DNA of 64,000 bases, taken from assembly GCA_963737655.1 (NCBI GenBank), contig CAVTTN010000002.1:2336001-2400000 (forward strand), in the 5' to 3' direction. Shown here one piece after another: positions 31,536-42,174 of this stretch. This DNA comes from an uncultured Planctomycetota bacterium. GTDB taxonomy: Bacteria; Planctomycetota; Planctomycetia; Isosphaerales; Isosphaeraceae. Position numbers and translations under genes: made by a program. Positions within the stretch are counted from its first letter, which is position 1. Each line of letters begins with the position of its first letter. The notes under the pieces were generated by a model. That model was not told the DNA's origin, ran no database searches, and saw nothing but the letters and a program-made list of their open reading frames with translations.

Positions 31536-32531
31536 CTATCCGAAGGTCGTCACCGCCAGGCGCATCGACGACGATCCGCCGGGGGGCAGGACGCGGAGGC
31601 CGGCGTCGATCCCCCGAGGCTCCAGGTGGACCGCGTCGGTCGTCTGCGTGTACGGCTCGACCGCGACCACGCCGCCGGGACCGGGCGGGGTGAAGACGAC
31701 GATCTCGCGGAACGCCCGGTCGAACGTCAGGCGAAGCTCGGCGCCGAGCGATTCCTCCACCAATCGGCACATCCCCAGGCCGTCGGCCCCATGGTCGAGG
31801 GCCGTGAGCACGTCGTCGGCCTCCAGACCGGCCATCGCCCGGCCCTGGCGGAAGTCGGTCCGGCCCGAGACGGCCCGGCGCTCTCCGGTCGGGATTCCGC
31901 CCTCGGTCACCCATTCCTCGTTCGCCGGGATGATCACCTTGGCCCGGGCCCGGTCGCCGTCGGGGTCGAACGGCAGGTGAAAATACGAGTGGACGCCGAA
32001 GCCGAAGGGCAGGGGGGCGTCGGAGGGGTTCGAAACGGTCGCCTCCAGAGTCAACGACCGCCCCGAGAGCGTGTACCGGACCTCCAAAACCCCGTTCGCC
32101 GGCCATCGGGCGAGCGAATCCGGCGCATTCTTCGCGATCTCGAACCGGCCGAGGACGCTCGCGCCGGACGGCCCTCCGCCGTGTTCGATCACGTCCCAGG
32201 CGGCATCGAGCGCGAACCCGTGGATGGCGTGAGGGGGCTTGTTCGGCACGAGTTCATACGTCCTGCCCTCGAAGTCGAACCGGGCGTCGCGGATGCGGTT
32301 CGGGAACGGGAAGAGGAGCGGGAACCCGCTCCGGGCCGGCTTGCTCGGCGACTCGGCGAACGTCGGGTCGGCCGCGACGACCGGCCGGACCTCGCCCGAG
32401 ATCGGCAATTGGAGGTCGAAGAGGTTGAACCCATAGCCTGGCAGGATCGCCGCCGACGCCCCCGAGTCGTCATCGATCAGGCGGAGGACCCGGTGGTTGC
32501 CGAGGGTCTCGATCGTCGTCCGGCTGGCCAT
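31536..32531 (-). CDS. Aldose 1-epimerase family protein
   Basis: LFPFPNRI, HAIHG, GVHSYF, AVEPYT. Confidence 0.9.
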   Translation of the reverse strand: MASRTTIETLGNHRVLRLIDDDSGASAAILPGYGFNLFDLQLPISGEVRPVVAADPTFAESPSKPARSGFPLLFPFPNRIRDARFDFEGRTYELVPNKPPHAIHGFALDAAWDVIEHGGGPSGASVLGRFEIAKNAPDSLARWPANGVLEVRYTLSGRSLTLEATVSNPSDAPLPFGFGVHSYFHLPFDPDGDRARAKVIIPANEEWVTEGGIPTGERRAVSGRTDFRQGRAMAGLEADDVLTALDHGADGLGMCRLVEESLGAELRLTFDRAFREIVVFTPPGPGGVVAVEPYTQTTDAVHLEPRGIDAGLRVLPPGGSSSMRLAVTTFG

Positions 32532-32733
32532 GTCGTTGCTCCTTGACCCTTCGGCGAGATCGATCCCGAACCGTGAGGACCGCCAGCCCGAGCGCCACGA
32601 CCGCGCCGAAGAGGGGCCAGGCGAACGGGGACGGACGCGCACGAAACGAAACGTCGTGAACGAAAAGATCCGGCCTCAGCGTCAGGATGGCCCAGCGGGC
32701 CGCCCCGAAGAGGAGGCCGAACCCGATGATCAT
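32470..32733 (-). CDS. Possible small two-TM membrane protein
   Basis: Two hydrophobic segments filling the rbsD-epimerase gap; start and end uncertain, 3' end overlaps the epimerase. Confidence 0.35.
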   Translation of the reverse strand: MIIGFGLLFGAARWAILTLRPDLFVHDVSFRARPSPFAWPLFGAVVALGLAVLTVRDRSRRRVKEQRHGQPDDDRDPRQPPGPPPDR

Positions 32734-32784
32734 CCTCAGGATCGTTCGGATTCGGACTTTCGTGGCGCTTCGCCTCCCGGCCGG

Positions 32785-33180
32785 TCAGAACGCCGAGCCG
32801 CAGGTGATCCTCACGTTGGCATACGGGGTGAACTCGGCCGATCGGATGATGCCCTTGACGCCCTCGGACTGCTCGCGGAACTCGTGGTGGGGGACCTCGT
32901 CCACGTCCACATCGCCGACGATCCTCAGCACTTCCTGGTACAGCTTGGTACTGTATTCGGACATCTCCGAGGCCACGGTGATGGACTCGATGACCAGCTC
33001 CTCGGCCACGGCGCGGAGGACGTCGAGGAACCGGGGGATTCCGGGGATCAGGGTCAGGTCGATCACGTGGCCGTCGGGCGGGAGCGGGTAGCCGGCATCG
33101 ACGATCAGGAGCTCGTCTTGCTGGCCGAGCTCGGCCAGCAGGGAGCAGATCGCCGGGTTGAGAATTCCACCTTTTTTCAT
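32785..33180 (-). CDS. rbsD: D-ribose pyranase
   Basis: MKKGGILN, DAGYP, IDLTL, EFTPYANV. Confidence 0.88.
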   Translation of the reverse strand: MKKGGILNPAICSLLAELGQQDELLIVDAGYPLPPDGHVIDLTLIPGIPRFLDVLRAVAEELVIESITVASEMSEYSTKLYQEVLRIVGDVDVDEVPHHEFREQSEGVKGIIRSAEFTPYANVRITCGSAF

Positions 33181-33566
33181 GACACCCTCTCTCGCCGGGA
33201 CTCGCTCGCGGGTTCCGGGCCCGGGGCCTGGGCGCGACGTCCCGAGGCCCCGATGCGGGCCGGTCGGCCCTCTCGGACCCGGATCGACCCAGTATACCGC
33301 CGAAGGCCCCGAGGCTCTATCCCCGGACGGACCGACGGGCGATCGTCGGGGCTCGGCGGGTGTCGCTCTGGAACCTGGAGTTCTTGGGTGCCCCCGGTTC
33401 AAGAACCGGGGGCACGCTCGTGGGAAGATCCAGGTTCGAGAGCGACATCCGGGCGCGGATTGGCGGGTGGTTCCGCGATCGGACCGGCCCGGGTTATGCT
33501 GGGGAGGGCCGTCCGGGCGGGACCGGCGGGCCCGCCGAGTCCGGCATTCCCCGCGATGAGGCTTCG

Positions 33567-35723
33567 ATGCGACCTTCCCCCCGGTTCCTCGCGATGGCGA
33601 TCCTGGCCCTCGCCCCCCCGGCCTGCGCGGGACCGATCCCCCCGGCGACGCCTCCCCAGGGGAACGCCCGGCCCCCGGCCAGCCTGTATGACCCGAGGCT
33701 CGACGAGCTCCGCCGCGCCTCGGTCTTCTGGGATTTCCACCTGGGACCGAAGCGCCGGGTGGTGGATCAGGTCTGCCTGGTCGCGGACCTCCCCTCGTTC
33801 CTCGAGGCCCTCTCGGCGTGGGACGGCGACCACATCTTCCCGATCCTCCTGGACGACGCGATCTACGCGCCGAAGTTCCTCCGGGCCTTTCGGCCGGCGA
33901 AGATCGTCAGGCTTCCCTACAAGCCGGGCCCGATCGAGCCCGGCAGGCTCTGGGCGGCGACGGTCAAGGCGGTCGAGAAGTCCTGGGCGGCCGAGCCGGT
34001 GGGCCCGCCCCTGGAGGCGATCCCCAGCCCCGTGATCGACGAGGATTTCGGGGCGGGAGGCCGGTTTCCGGCGTCTCGGAGGCCGGCGAGGGTGCCGGAA
34101 GAACTGGGCCGGACGCCTCCCGGGGTGGTCCTCTCCTCGCCGGACGCCCCGGGCCTGGCCGCCGCCGCCGCCCTGGCCGCCGGCCACATCCAGCCCCTGG
34201 TCCGGCTCGATCCGCCCGGGAAGGCCGGGGTGATGAGCCAGGAAGAGGCCCTGGCCTTCGGCCTGAGTATCGAGACGGCGGTGTCCTCGGTCGCCCCGCG
34301 TTACGCCGGGCTGGCCGACTCCTGCGACTTCCTCACCGTGGTCGGCCCCTATCCCGACCGCTACACCATCGCCGCCGGGAGCAAGGCCGGGCCCGCCGCC
34401 CTGGACGACCTGATCGGCCGGGACCGCGACACCGGCCGCCGATGGGCCTATACCGGGCGGATCGTCGGCGACCCGGTCGCCAGCGTCTATCGCGCGATGT
34501 GCTCGCTGTTCCTCCAGCCGGATTCGGCTTTGCTCTTCGACGGCTACGACCCGAAAGACCCGGGCTTCGCCCACCACCTGATGAAGAACGTCCCGGAACG
34601 CATGCCGAAGCGGCTGGCGGTCACGGCCGTGCCCCATCCGACCTCGGACCTCGACGCCTGGCACCGGGCGCTCGACCCCCTGAACCGCTTCGGCCTGGTT
34701 TACGTCAACACCAGCGGGCCGCCCTCGACGTTCAACCTGCCCGGAGGCCGCCCCGCGACGGCCGCCGACGTCCCCGAGAGCGTCCCGACCATCGTCCTGA
34801 TGAATCACAGCTTCTCCGCCGCCTCGCCCGGAGACCCCCGGACGCTCGCCGGCCGGTGGCTGGAGAACGGCGCGTTCTATTTCTTCGGGTCGATGAACGA
34901 GCCGTACATCGTCGGGTTCCGGCCGCCGTCCCTGGTGGCGTCGATCCTGTTCGAGGGCTTGCCGGTGTCGGCGGCGGTGCGGATCACGCCCGACGAGAGC
35001 CGGGAATTCGGCACTCCGTGGCGGCTCCACCTGCTGGGCGACCCTCTGTATCGGATCTCTCCCGAGGCGGGGGCCGACCGCCGGCTCGCGTCGTCGCCCG
35101 TCACGCCTCACTGGCCGCCCTACGTCGAGGACGGGCCGAGGGCGGCCCCGGCCCGGGGCTCGAACCCGGCGGCGAAGGTCGCCTGGGCCTTGAAGGCCAC
35201 CCTGATCGACGCCTCGAAGGGGGACCGCCCGCCCGATCCGGTCGTCGTCGAGACGATCCTGGCCGTCCGCCGAGAGGAGCTCCCGCCGGGGTTCCGCGCG
35301 GCCCTGGACGGGATGCGGATCGACCTGGTTCCCCGGGTCCGCTCCGCCCGCGCCGAGGCCCTCGGCCTGCTCGTCGCCATCCCTCCCGCCGAGCGGTCGC
35401 AGGCCGTGAGCCTGGCGATCGAGACGTTCCGGGTGGGAGACCTCCAGGCGGCCCTCCTCCGCAAGGACTGGCCCGGGGCCTGCTCGTCGTGGGACGCCCT
35501 GATCCGCTCCGACTCGCCCCGGGACGTGAAATCCGAAGTCACCGCCCGGACGGCCCGGCTCGCCGAGGCGCTCGGGTCGCTCCGGCCGTGGAAGGACCGG
35601 CTCGACAGGGCGAGGCGGGAGCTCGCCGGCTCGCCCGACGCCGAGATCCTCCGCGCCGAGATCGCCCGGGTCGAGAAGGCGATCGAGGACGCGGGAGGAG
35701 GCCCCTCGGTCCGTCGCCGATGA
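33567..35723 (+). CDS. Large secreted hypothetical protein
   Basis: Signal peptide MRPSPRFLAMAILALA; 718-aa ORF with typical codon bias. Confidence 0.75.
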   Translation: MRPSPRFLAMAILALAPPACAGPIPPATPPQGNARPPASLYDPRLDELRRASVFWDFHLGPKRRVVDQVCLVADLPSFLEALSAWDGDHIFPILLDDAIYAPKFLRAFRPAKIVRLPYKPGPIEPGRLWAATVKAVEKSWAAEPVGPPLEAIPSPVIDEDFGAGGRFPASRRPARVPEELGRTPPGVVLSSPDAPGLAAAAALAAGHIQPLVRLDPPGKAGVMSQEEALAFGLSIETAVSSVAPRYAGLADSCDFLTVVGPYPDRYTIAAGSKAGPAALDDLIGRDRDTGRRWAYTGRIVGDPVASVYRAMCSLFLQPDSALLFDGYDPKDPGFAHHLMKNVPERMPKRLAVTAVPHPTSDLDAWHRALDPLNRFGLVYVNTSGPPSTFNLPGGRPATAADVPESVPTIVLMNHSFSAASPGDPRTLAGRWLENGAFYFFGSMNEPYIVGFRPPSLVASILFEGLPVSAAVRITPDESREFGTPWRLHLLGDPLYRISPEAGADRRLASSPVTPHWPPYVEDGPRAAPARGSNPAAKVAWALKATLIDASKGDRPPDPVVVETILAVRREELPPGFRAALDGMRIDLVPRVRSARAEALGLLVAIPPAERSQAVSLAIETFRVGDLQAALLRKDWPGACSSWDALIRSDSPRDVKSEVTARTARLAEALGSLRPWKDRLDRARRELAGSPDAEILRAEIARVEKAIEDAGGGPSVRRR

Positions 35724-35730
35724 GCCTCAC

Positions 35731-36694
35731 TCAGCCCCCGGCGACGAGCTGCCGGGCCGCCGGGGCCCGCAGGGCCTGGAGGAACCCGTCGGCGATCAGC
35801 CGGTTCATCCCCTCGGAGTAGAGCAACGGGCGGAAGAAGCCGGGATAGTGCTTGCAGACGAGGTCGCCGTCCAGGCCCGGATGGATGCTCACCCGATAGG
35901 TCGGCGGCAGGAGCGCCACCCCGTCGATCGCCGAGCACATCGCGTGGAGCGTCTGCTCGGTCACCCAGCGGTTGCCGAAGAGGGTCGGGTGGTGGAGCCA
36001 GCCATCGATCGCCTCGAAGTCGATCGTCGTCCGGCGGATCAGGGCCAGCCCGCTGTTGATCCGAGGCGGAGGGCGGACGCCGAAGGCGGCCTCCAGCTCC
36101 TCGGGCGTCATGCTGTAGGCGTCGATCGAGTCGAGGTTGTACAGGTTCGGGCTGGTCGTCGGCGAGAAATCCACGAGCTCGTCGGGCCGTCGGAAGAAGA
36201 CGATGTCCGAGTCGATCGTGAGGATGTGATCGGCCGAGGACAGGGCGTAGAAATCGAACAGCTTGAGGGTCGTCGGGTTGAGGAGGCGGTACTCCAGGCA
36301 CTTCGCCAGCCCCCTCCTCGCGAGCCTCGGCCTCGGTCCGCGACCCGGTTTCCTCCCGGGTCAGGATCGTGGCGTCGGGGAAGTGGTGCTGGAGCTTCTC
36401 GGCCTGGCCCGGCGCGAGCCCGCCGTCGTGGATGAACAGCGGGTAATCGACCCCCGAGAAGTGGTAGAAGCTCTTCAACGCCCAGATCAGGTTGACCCAG
36501 TCGCGCCTCCAGGTCAGGACGCGGATCTCGGTCGGCCCGGATCGCGAGGTGCGCATCGGAGGGGTCGGCAGGATCTGCTTCTGGACGGCCCACCGGCGAT
36601 GCGCGGCCCTCCAGCCCTCGCGGTTCCATTCCTGGAACGTCATCCAGTGCCGACGGCTCCTCAGCCAGTTCCGGACCCTCGCCCGAAGCGCCAT
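35731..36694 (-). CDS. GT-A fold glycosyltransferase-like protein, frameshift near 36325
   Basis: FIHDGGL, LKLFDF, IDSDIVF (DxD), INSGL, TEQT. Confidence 0.7.
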
Positions 36695-36851
36695 CGACTT
36701 ACCTCCGCGCAGCCTCTCCGAACGACCGCCGGGCTGCGGGCCCGGGAAACGGCCGCTTCCGAGGATACCGAAAGAGGCCCCGGCATCGCCACCGACGTTG
36801 CCGGGAATCGCCGAGATGCCGGAGAGACGCGGCCGGGGGCCGGGCCGGTCC

Positions 36852-37624
36852 TCAGTGGGACGGCGCCTCGACGGCCGGGGCGTCCTCGGACGAGACGTCC
36901 CCGGTCAGCAACGCCCGCTTGACCTCCTGGATCGCCTGGGTGACCTTGATGTCCCGGGGGCAGGCGCTGGTGCAGTTGAAGACGGTCCGGCACCGCCAGA
37001 CGCCCTCGGCGTCGTTGAGGATCTCCAGGCGCTCGGCCGCCGCCCGGTCCCTCGAATCGAAGATGAACCGATGGGCGTTGACGATCGCCGCCGGCCCCAC
37101 GTACTTCCGGTCCCCCCAGAACGGCGGGCACGCCGTGGTGCAGCAGGCGCACAGGATGCACTTGGTCGTGTCGTCGAACCGCGCCCGGTCGGCCGGCGAC
37201 TGGAGCCTCTCGGTCGTCGGCGCCGGGTCGTCGTTGACGAGGAACGGCATGACCGACTTGTAATGGTCGAAGAACGGCTTCATGTCGACGATCAAATCCT
37301 TGATCACCGGCAGGCCGAGGATCGGCTCCAGGGTCAGGGTGTCGGACTTCAGGCTCTTGACCAGGACCTTGCACGCCAGGGCGTTCACCCCGTTGATCCT
37401 CATGGCGTCGGAGCCGCAGACGCCGTGGCGCAGGAGCGCCGCAGCGCCAGCGACTCGTCATGATACCACTTGACCTTCTGGACGACGTCCAGGACGCGGT
37501 CCAGGGGGTCGGCCTCGACGTCATACTGCTCCCACCTCGGGGCGTCGTCCGCCTCGGGGTTGTAGCGCTTGACCTTGACGGTCAGCTTGCGGACGTGGGA
37601 TTCGGTGGTTGCGGCAGTGGCCAT
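36852..37624 (-). CDS. sdhB: Succinate dehydrogenase iron-sulfur subunit, frameshift near 37427
   Basis: RRSCA(H)GVCGSDAMRING, CILCACCTTAC, CRTVFNCTSACP. Confidence 0.93.
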
Positions 37625-37664
37625 GATAGGTCGCGGACCCCGAAAGGGCGATCGGGCGGGAAAA

Positions 37665-37937
37665 TCAACGCGTTCTCTCGGACCATTCGGCGGGCGTGTC
37701 GGTGTAGACGAACTCGACGCGGGACTGATCGTCGGGGCTCATCGCGTCGAGCAGGTGGCCCCAGACTCGGGCCTGCCTCTGCCCCTCGTATTGCCCCTCG
37801 AAGCTCCGGGAGATGACCCGGCCGAAGTACTTGTAACCGCCGAAGTCGGCGGGGTAGACCCGGATCTCGGGCGCGTCGAGGCCCAGGCCCCGGAGGCTCT
37901 CCCGGAATCGCGTCTCGAACGGGTCGTTCGATGTCAT
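37665..37937 (-). CDS. Small BolA-like protein (90 aa)
   Basis: RVISRSFEG...RQARVW...TPAEW pattern; ATGA overlap with the upstream HEPN gene. Confidence 0.65.
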   Translation of the reverse strand: MTSNDPFETRFRESLRGLGLDAPEIRVYPADFGGYKYFGRVISRSFEGQYEGQRQARVWGHLLDAMSPDDQSRVEFVYTDTPAEWSERTR

Positions 37938-38560
37938 CGGGCACCTCCTTCCGGGCCTGGCGGCCCGCCGGAGACTTGCGAGATCAGGGACTCGCCAAAT
38001 TGCTTCGCGGCCGAGAACCAGTCGAGAACGGTCTGCGAATCGATGGGTCGAAGGCCATCGTCGGTCGCGGGAGCCTCGTCACGGTCGGCGCGATGAGCGA
38101 TCAAGTGCCGTCTCTGGATCATCGACGCGAGCTGCCCCCTGAGTTCATGGTCCGCGATCTCGTCCATGCGAACCCCCATCTTATCCAGGAGCGTCGCGAC
38201 CTGGCCTACGTTATTGTACGTCGCTCCTTCAAGGGAGGCGGCGACCGACTTATTAATGAAGTCGGCTATGGAAAGATCGCTATGGTCGCGGAGGACGGCG
38301 AGCGTGAATTTGGATCGCTCGGGAGTGAACGGATCGATCCCGGCCAGGACGTCTCGCCTGGCGTTCGGCAGTTTCAGCCCCGCCAGGCTCCTCAGGAGGT
38401 GTTCGAGGGTCGAGTGGAGAAGTACTACCGATAGCCGGAGGAGATCAGCCGCTAACACCCGAGCGTGCTCGCCCGGCACGACCCCGACCGGCAGGCTCAG
38501 GAGGATGAGGTTCCGGACGCGGTCCAGGTTCGACCGAAAGTGGGTCGCGACAGGTTCCAT
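37934..38560 (-). CDS. HEPN domain protein (RiboL-PSP-HEPN-like)
   Basis: DLLRLSVVLLHSTLEHLLR helix and RRHLIAHRAD Rx4H motif. Confidence 0.75.
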   Translation of the reverse strand: MEPVATHFRSNLDRVRNLILLSLPVGVVPGEHARVLAADLLRLSVVLLHSTLEHLLRSLAGLKLPNARRDVLAGIDPFTPERSKFTLAVLRDHSDLSIADFINKSVAASLEGATYNNVGQVATLLDKMGVRMDEIADHELRGQLASMIQRRHLIAHRADRDEAPATDDGLRPIDSQTVLDWFSAAKQFGESLISQVSGGPPGPEGGAR

Positions 38561-40407
38561 CAATACTTCCGGATCTCCAGCGGATACTTCGTCGTGACCT
38601 CCCCGTTTTTCTCCACGGTGATCACGTCCACGTCTTTATACTCGACGCGGGTCCCGCCTTCGCCTTCCTTGTAGACCAGCGAGTGCTTGAAGAAGTCGCG
38701 GTCGTTGCGGTCGGGGAAGTCTTCTCGCGAGTGGGCGCCTCGGGACTCCTTCCTCGCCAGGGCCGAGGCCACCGTCGCCTCGGCGACGTCGAGCAGGCAG
38801 CCGAGCTCGAGGACTTCCAGGAGGCCCGTGTTGAACACGCTCCCCTTGTCCTGGACGCCCACCGTCTGGTACTGCCTCTTGAGCATGGCGATGTCGTCGC
38901 GGGCCCGGGTCAGGGTCTCCTCGGTCCGGTAGACCCCGCAGTCGTCCATCATGGTCCTCTGCATCTCGTCGCGGAGCTTGACCCAGGGGAAGCTCCGGGG
39001 GCGGGCGAGCAGCGCCTTGATCGCCGCCTCGGTCGGCGCCTCGGGCTTCGGCGGGATCGGCTCGAACGGCTTGTCGAGGGCGTATCTCGCCATGTCCCGG
39101 CCCGAGCGGCGGCCGTAGACGATCAGGTCCACCAGGCTGTTCGTCCCCAGCCGGTTCGCGCCGTGGACGCTCACGCAGGCCGATTCGCCGGCCGAGTACA
39201 GCCCGGGGACGATCGAATGGCTGGCGTCGCGGATCACCCGGCCGTGGACGTCCGTCGGGATGCCGCCCATCCCGTAGTGGGCCGTCGGCTGGATCGGCAT
39301 CGGCTCCTTGATCGGGTCCACGCCGAGGTACGTCCGGGCGAACTCGATGATGTCCGGCAGCCGTTTCTCGACCCAGAGGCTATCGACGGTCTGCCCGGTG
39401 GGGCTGGTGCCGTACTTGTTGATCGTCTCGGCGCGGATGTCCAGGTAGACGTAGTCCTTGCCGCCGATGCCCCGGCCGGCGCGGACTTCCTGGTAGATCG
39501 ACCGCGAGCAGACGTCCCGGGAGGCCAGGTCCTTGAGGTTCGGGGCGTAGCGCTCCATGAAGCGCTCGCCCTTGTCGTTGAACATGATCCCGCCGTCCCC
39601 CCGGCAGGCCTCGGAGAGCAAGATGCCCAGCCGATAGATGCCCGTGGGGTGGAACTGGTAGAACTCCAGGTCTTCCAGCGGCAATCCGTGGCGATAGGCG
39701 ATCGCCGGGCCGTCGCCCGTCAGGGCGTAGGCGTTGGAGCTGACCTTGAACATCCGGCCGAACCCGCCGGTGGCGATCAACACGCTCTTGGCGTGGAACA
39801 CGTGCAATTCGCCGGTGGCGATCTCGATCGCGACGACCCCCCGGCACTCCCCGTCGACCATGATCAGGTCGAGCATGTGGAATTCGTCGAAGAACGTGAC
39901 GCCCTGCTTGATGCACTGCTGATACAGCGTCTGCAAGATCATGTGGCCGGTGCGGTCGGCGGCGTGGCAGGCCCTCATCACCGGGATTCTGGGTCGGGCG
40001 TTGGGCGTGCCGGGCTTGGCCGAGGGGTCGTAATCGGGGTTGGGCTTGGTGTGGCCGCCGAACCGCCTCTGGGAGATCCGGCCGTCGGCCGTGCGGTCGA
40101 ACGGCAGGCCCATGTGCTCGAGGTCATAGATGCATTCGATGGCCTCTCGGCAGAGGATCTCCGCCGGGGTCTGATCGACGAGGAAGTCGCCGCCCTTGAT
40201 GGTGTCGTAGGCGTGGTTCTCCCACGAGTCGCTCTCCAGGTTGGACAGGGCGGCGGCGATCCCGCCCTGGGCGGCCCCGGTGTGCGACCTCGTCGGGTAC
40301 AGCTTGCTGACGACGGCGGTGCCGGCCTTCTTGCTGGCCTCCAGGGCCGCCATCAGCCCCGCCCCGCCCGAACCGACGATGATGCAATCGAAGCGATGAT
40401 AGTTCAT
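38560..40407 (-). CDS. sdhA: Succinate dehydrogenase flavoprotein subunit
   Basis: [16 protein letters not shown] (FAD-His), QFHPT, HYGMGG, HGANRLG, ESRGAH. Confidence 0.97.
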   Translation of the reverse strand: MNYHRFDCIIVGSGGAGLMAALEASKKAGTAVVSKLYPTRSHTGAAQGGIAAALSNLESDSWENHAYDTIKGGDFLVDQTPAEILCREAIECIYDLEHMGLPFDRTADGRISQRRFGGHTKPNPDYDPSAKPGTPNARPRIPVMRACHAADRTGHMILQTLYQQCIKQGVTFFDEFHMLDLIMVDGECRGVVAIEIATGELHVFHAKSVLIATGGFGRMFKVSSNAYALTGDGPAIAYRHGLPLEDLEFYQFHPTGIYRLGILLSEACRGDGGIMFNDKGERFMERYAPNLKDLASRDVCSRSIYQEVRAGRGIGGKDYVYLDIRAETINKYGTSPTGQTVDSLWVEKRLPDIIEFARTYLGVDPIKEPMPIQPTAHYGMGGIPTDVHGRVIRDASHSIVPGLYSAGESACVSVHGANRLGTNSLVDLIVYGRRSGRDMARYALDKPFEPIPPKPEAPTEAAIKALLARPRSFPWVKLRDEMQRTMMDDCGVYRTEETLTRARDDIAMLKRQYQTVGVQDKGSVFNTGLLEVLELGCLLDVAEATVASALARKESRGAHSREDFPDRNDRDFFKHSLVYKEGEGGTRVEYKDVDVITVEKNGEVTTKYPLEIRKY

Positions 40408-40469
40408 GTTGGGATTTTCACACACGCGGACGGCCCCGAGACGGGCGGACCCGGGGCGGACAGGTCACG

Positions 40470-41618
40470 TCACTTCCCGGGCGCCGGCAGGGGGTTCGCC
40501 CCGCGGACCGGCTGCGGCTTCGGCGGGGGGCCGGGGTTAGGCTCGGCCGGCGACTGGTTCTTCAACGGATGCTTGGCGATGTAGGCGTCGTCCTTCTGGA
40601 ACATGAAGATCGCGTACGACCCCACGCCCGTCAGGCCGATCATCCCGAGCCAGATCAGCGTCGAGGCGATCACCCGCCGGGACGGCCGGGCGATGTATTC
40701 GTAGAGGACCTGGCGGAGCCCGTTGAACCCGTGCCCCAGCGCCAGGACGATCAGCGAGAAGTCCCAGATCCGCCACAGGGCCCCGGTCCCGGGCGCCGCC
40801 CAGCGGCTGGCCACGAAGGCGTAGTTGATCGTCTCCACATTGTTCAAGATATGCATGATGAACAGGTGGCCGACCGCCAGGAAGATCAGGAGCAAGCCCG
40901 AGATCCGCATCAGGTACCAGGCGCGGAGCTCGAAGCCGGACGACGGCCGGACCCGCGTCCCGGCCGGCGGCACCAGCCCGATCACGCTGATCCAGACGAA
41001 CCCGACGCCGGCCATCGCCAGCATCAGGGCGACGGTCCTCGGCGCCCTCAAAGGCGATCCGGCGGGCCGATCGGCCTGCGCCACCGGGGCGGGCGGGGTC
41101 GCGGGCGCCTCGGCGGCGGCGTTCGGCCGGATGTCGGTCTGGATGTCCTGCATGTGACCGGGGGGCTGCGTCAACGGGTACAGCACGAACAGGGTCGTCG
41201 GCACCATGATCAGGACGAAGACCCACTGGACCCCTCGGAGGATCTCCTTGCGGTAGAGCGTCCCCCGGTTCCAGAAGTCGTACAAGATCACCCCGGTGCC
41301 GTTGACCGCGTGGAAGACCACCGAGGCGATCAACCCGAGCTCGGCCACGCGGAACCCCCAGCGGAGGGCGACGTAATATTTGCCGTCGAACCAGATCCCG
41401 CCGTAGAGCGCCACGGTGTGGTCGTACCACTCGGGCACGACGACGACGAAGAACGTGTCCAGGACGTGGAAGAACAGGAAGAAGAGGATGCCCAGGCCGG
41501 TCAGTCGATGGATCAACCACGACCACTGGCCGATGCCTCCCCCGTAGCGGAGGCCGTCGGCCAGGCGGGCGAAGAGGCCGGGGCGGTAGGCCCTCGGCGA
41601 GCGGGGCGAAGGTGCCAT
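40470..41618 (-). CDS. sdhCD: Fused SdhC-SdhD cytochrome b membrane anchor
   Basis: HRLTG...HVLDT...HAVNG (C-like), linker, MRISG...HLFI...HGFNGLR (D-like) in one ORF. Confidence 0.85.
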   Translation of the reverse strand: MAPSPRSPRAYRPGLFARLADGLRYGGGIGQWSWLIHRLTGLGILFFLFFHVLDTFFVVVVPEWYDHTVALYGGIWFDGKYYVALRWGFRVAELGLIASVVFHAVNGTGVILYDFWNRGTLYRKEILRGVQWVFVLIMVPTTLFVLYPLTQPPGHMQDIQTDIRPNAAAEAPATPPAPVAQADRPAGSPLRAPRTVALMLAMAGVGFVWISVIGLVPPAGTRVRPSSGFELRAWYLMRISGLLLIFLAVGHLFIMHILNNVETINYAFVASRWAAPGTGALWRIWDFSLIVLALGHGFNGLRQVLYEYIARPSRRVIASTLIWLGMIGLTGVGSYAIFMFQKDDAYIAKHPLKNQSPAEPNPGPPPKPQPVRGANPLPAPGK

Positions 41619-41807
41619 GAAAGTCGGCGTCTCGTGGGCGGGTTCGGGGCGGGGCGGGACGTCGGCCGCATCCGCCCGACGGCGAATCGGCCCGTCCTCT
41701 CGGTCTGGAGGCCCCCGCGACACGTTTCTTGTAGAGCCGACGGGCGGGGGGGTCAAGGGGGCAGCGGCCCCGGTTCGCGAGATCGCCGGCCCGAGCGGCT
41801 CCCGCTT

Positions 41808-41898
41808 CGGGTGGCGTGCTCACGTCCTCGTGAGCATGTCTTCCCGGAGGCCGGGCGCAACCGAACCCATGCTCACGAGGACGTGAGCATGCCGCCCG
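41808..41898. repeat. Family A REP-like inverted doublet
   Basis: GGGTGGCGTGCTCACGTCCTCGTGAGCATG ... CATGCTCACGAGGACGTGAGCATGCCGCCC. Confidence 0.85.
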
Positions 41899-41899
41899 A

Positions 41900-42174
41900 T
41901 CAGCGGTCCAGCTCGATCTGGGTGGCCCGGAACTGGCCCCGGAGGTTCATCCGCCCCACGGCCGCCACCGGGCTCCCGTGGCAGAGGTTCGCGCCTAGGT
42001 CTTCCAGCCAGCCCGAATCCGGGACGAGCGAGGAATCCGCCTCGACGATCAGCAGGTCGCCGGGGCGTCCTCGGGCGCGACCTGGAGGACCAGCCGGCGG
42101 GCGTCCCGGATCGGGCCCGAGGGCTCGACCCAGGAATCGACCAGGAAGCCCCTGACGCTCGTGACCGTATCCAT
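41900..42174 (-). CDS. Small hypothetical protein, frameshift near 42063
   Basis: MDTVTSVRGFLV... continues as GDLLIVEAD...RATQIELDR if one C is restored; GAGG SD. Confidence 0.55.
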
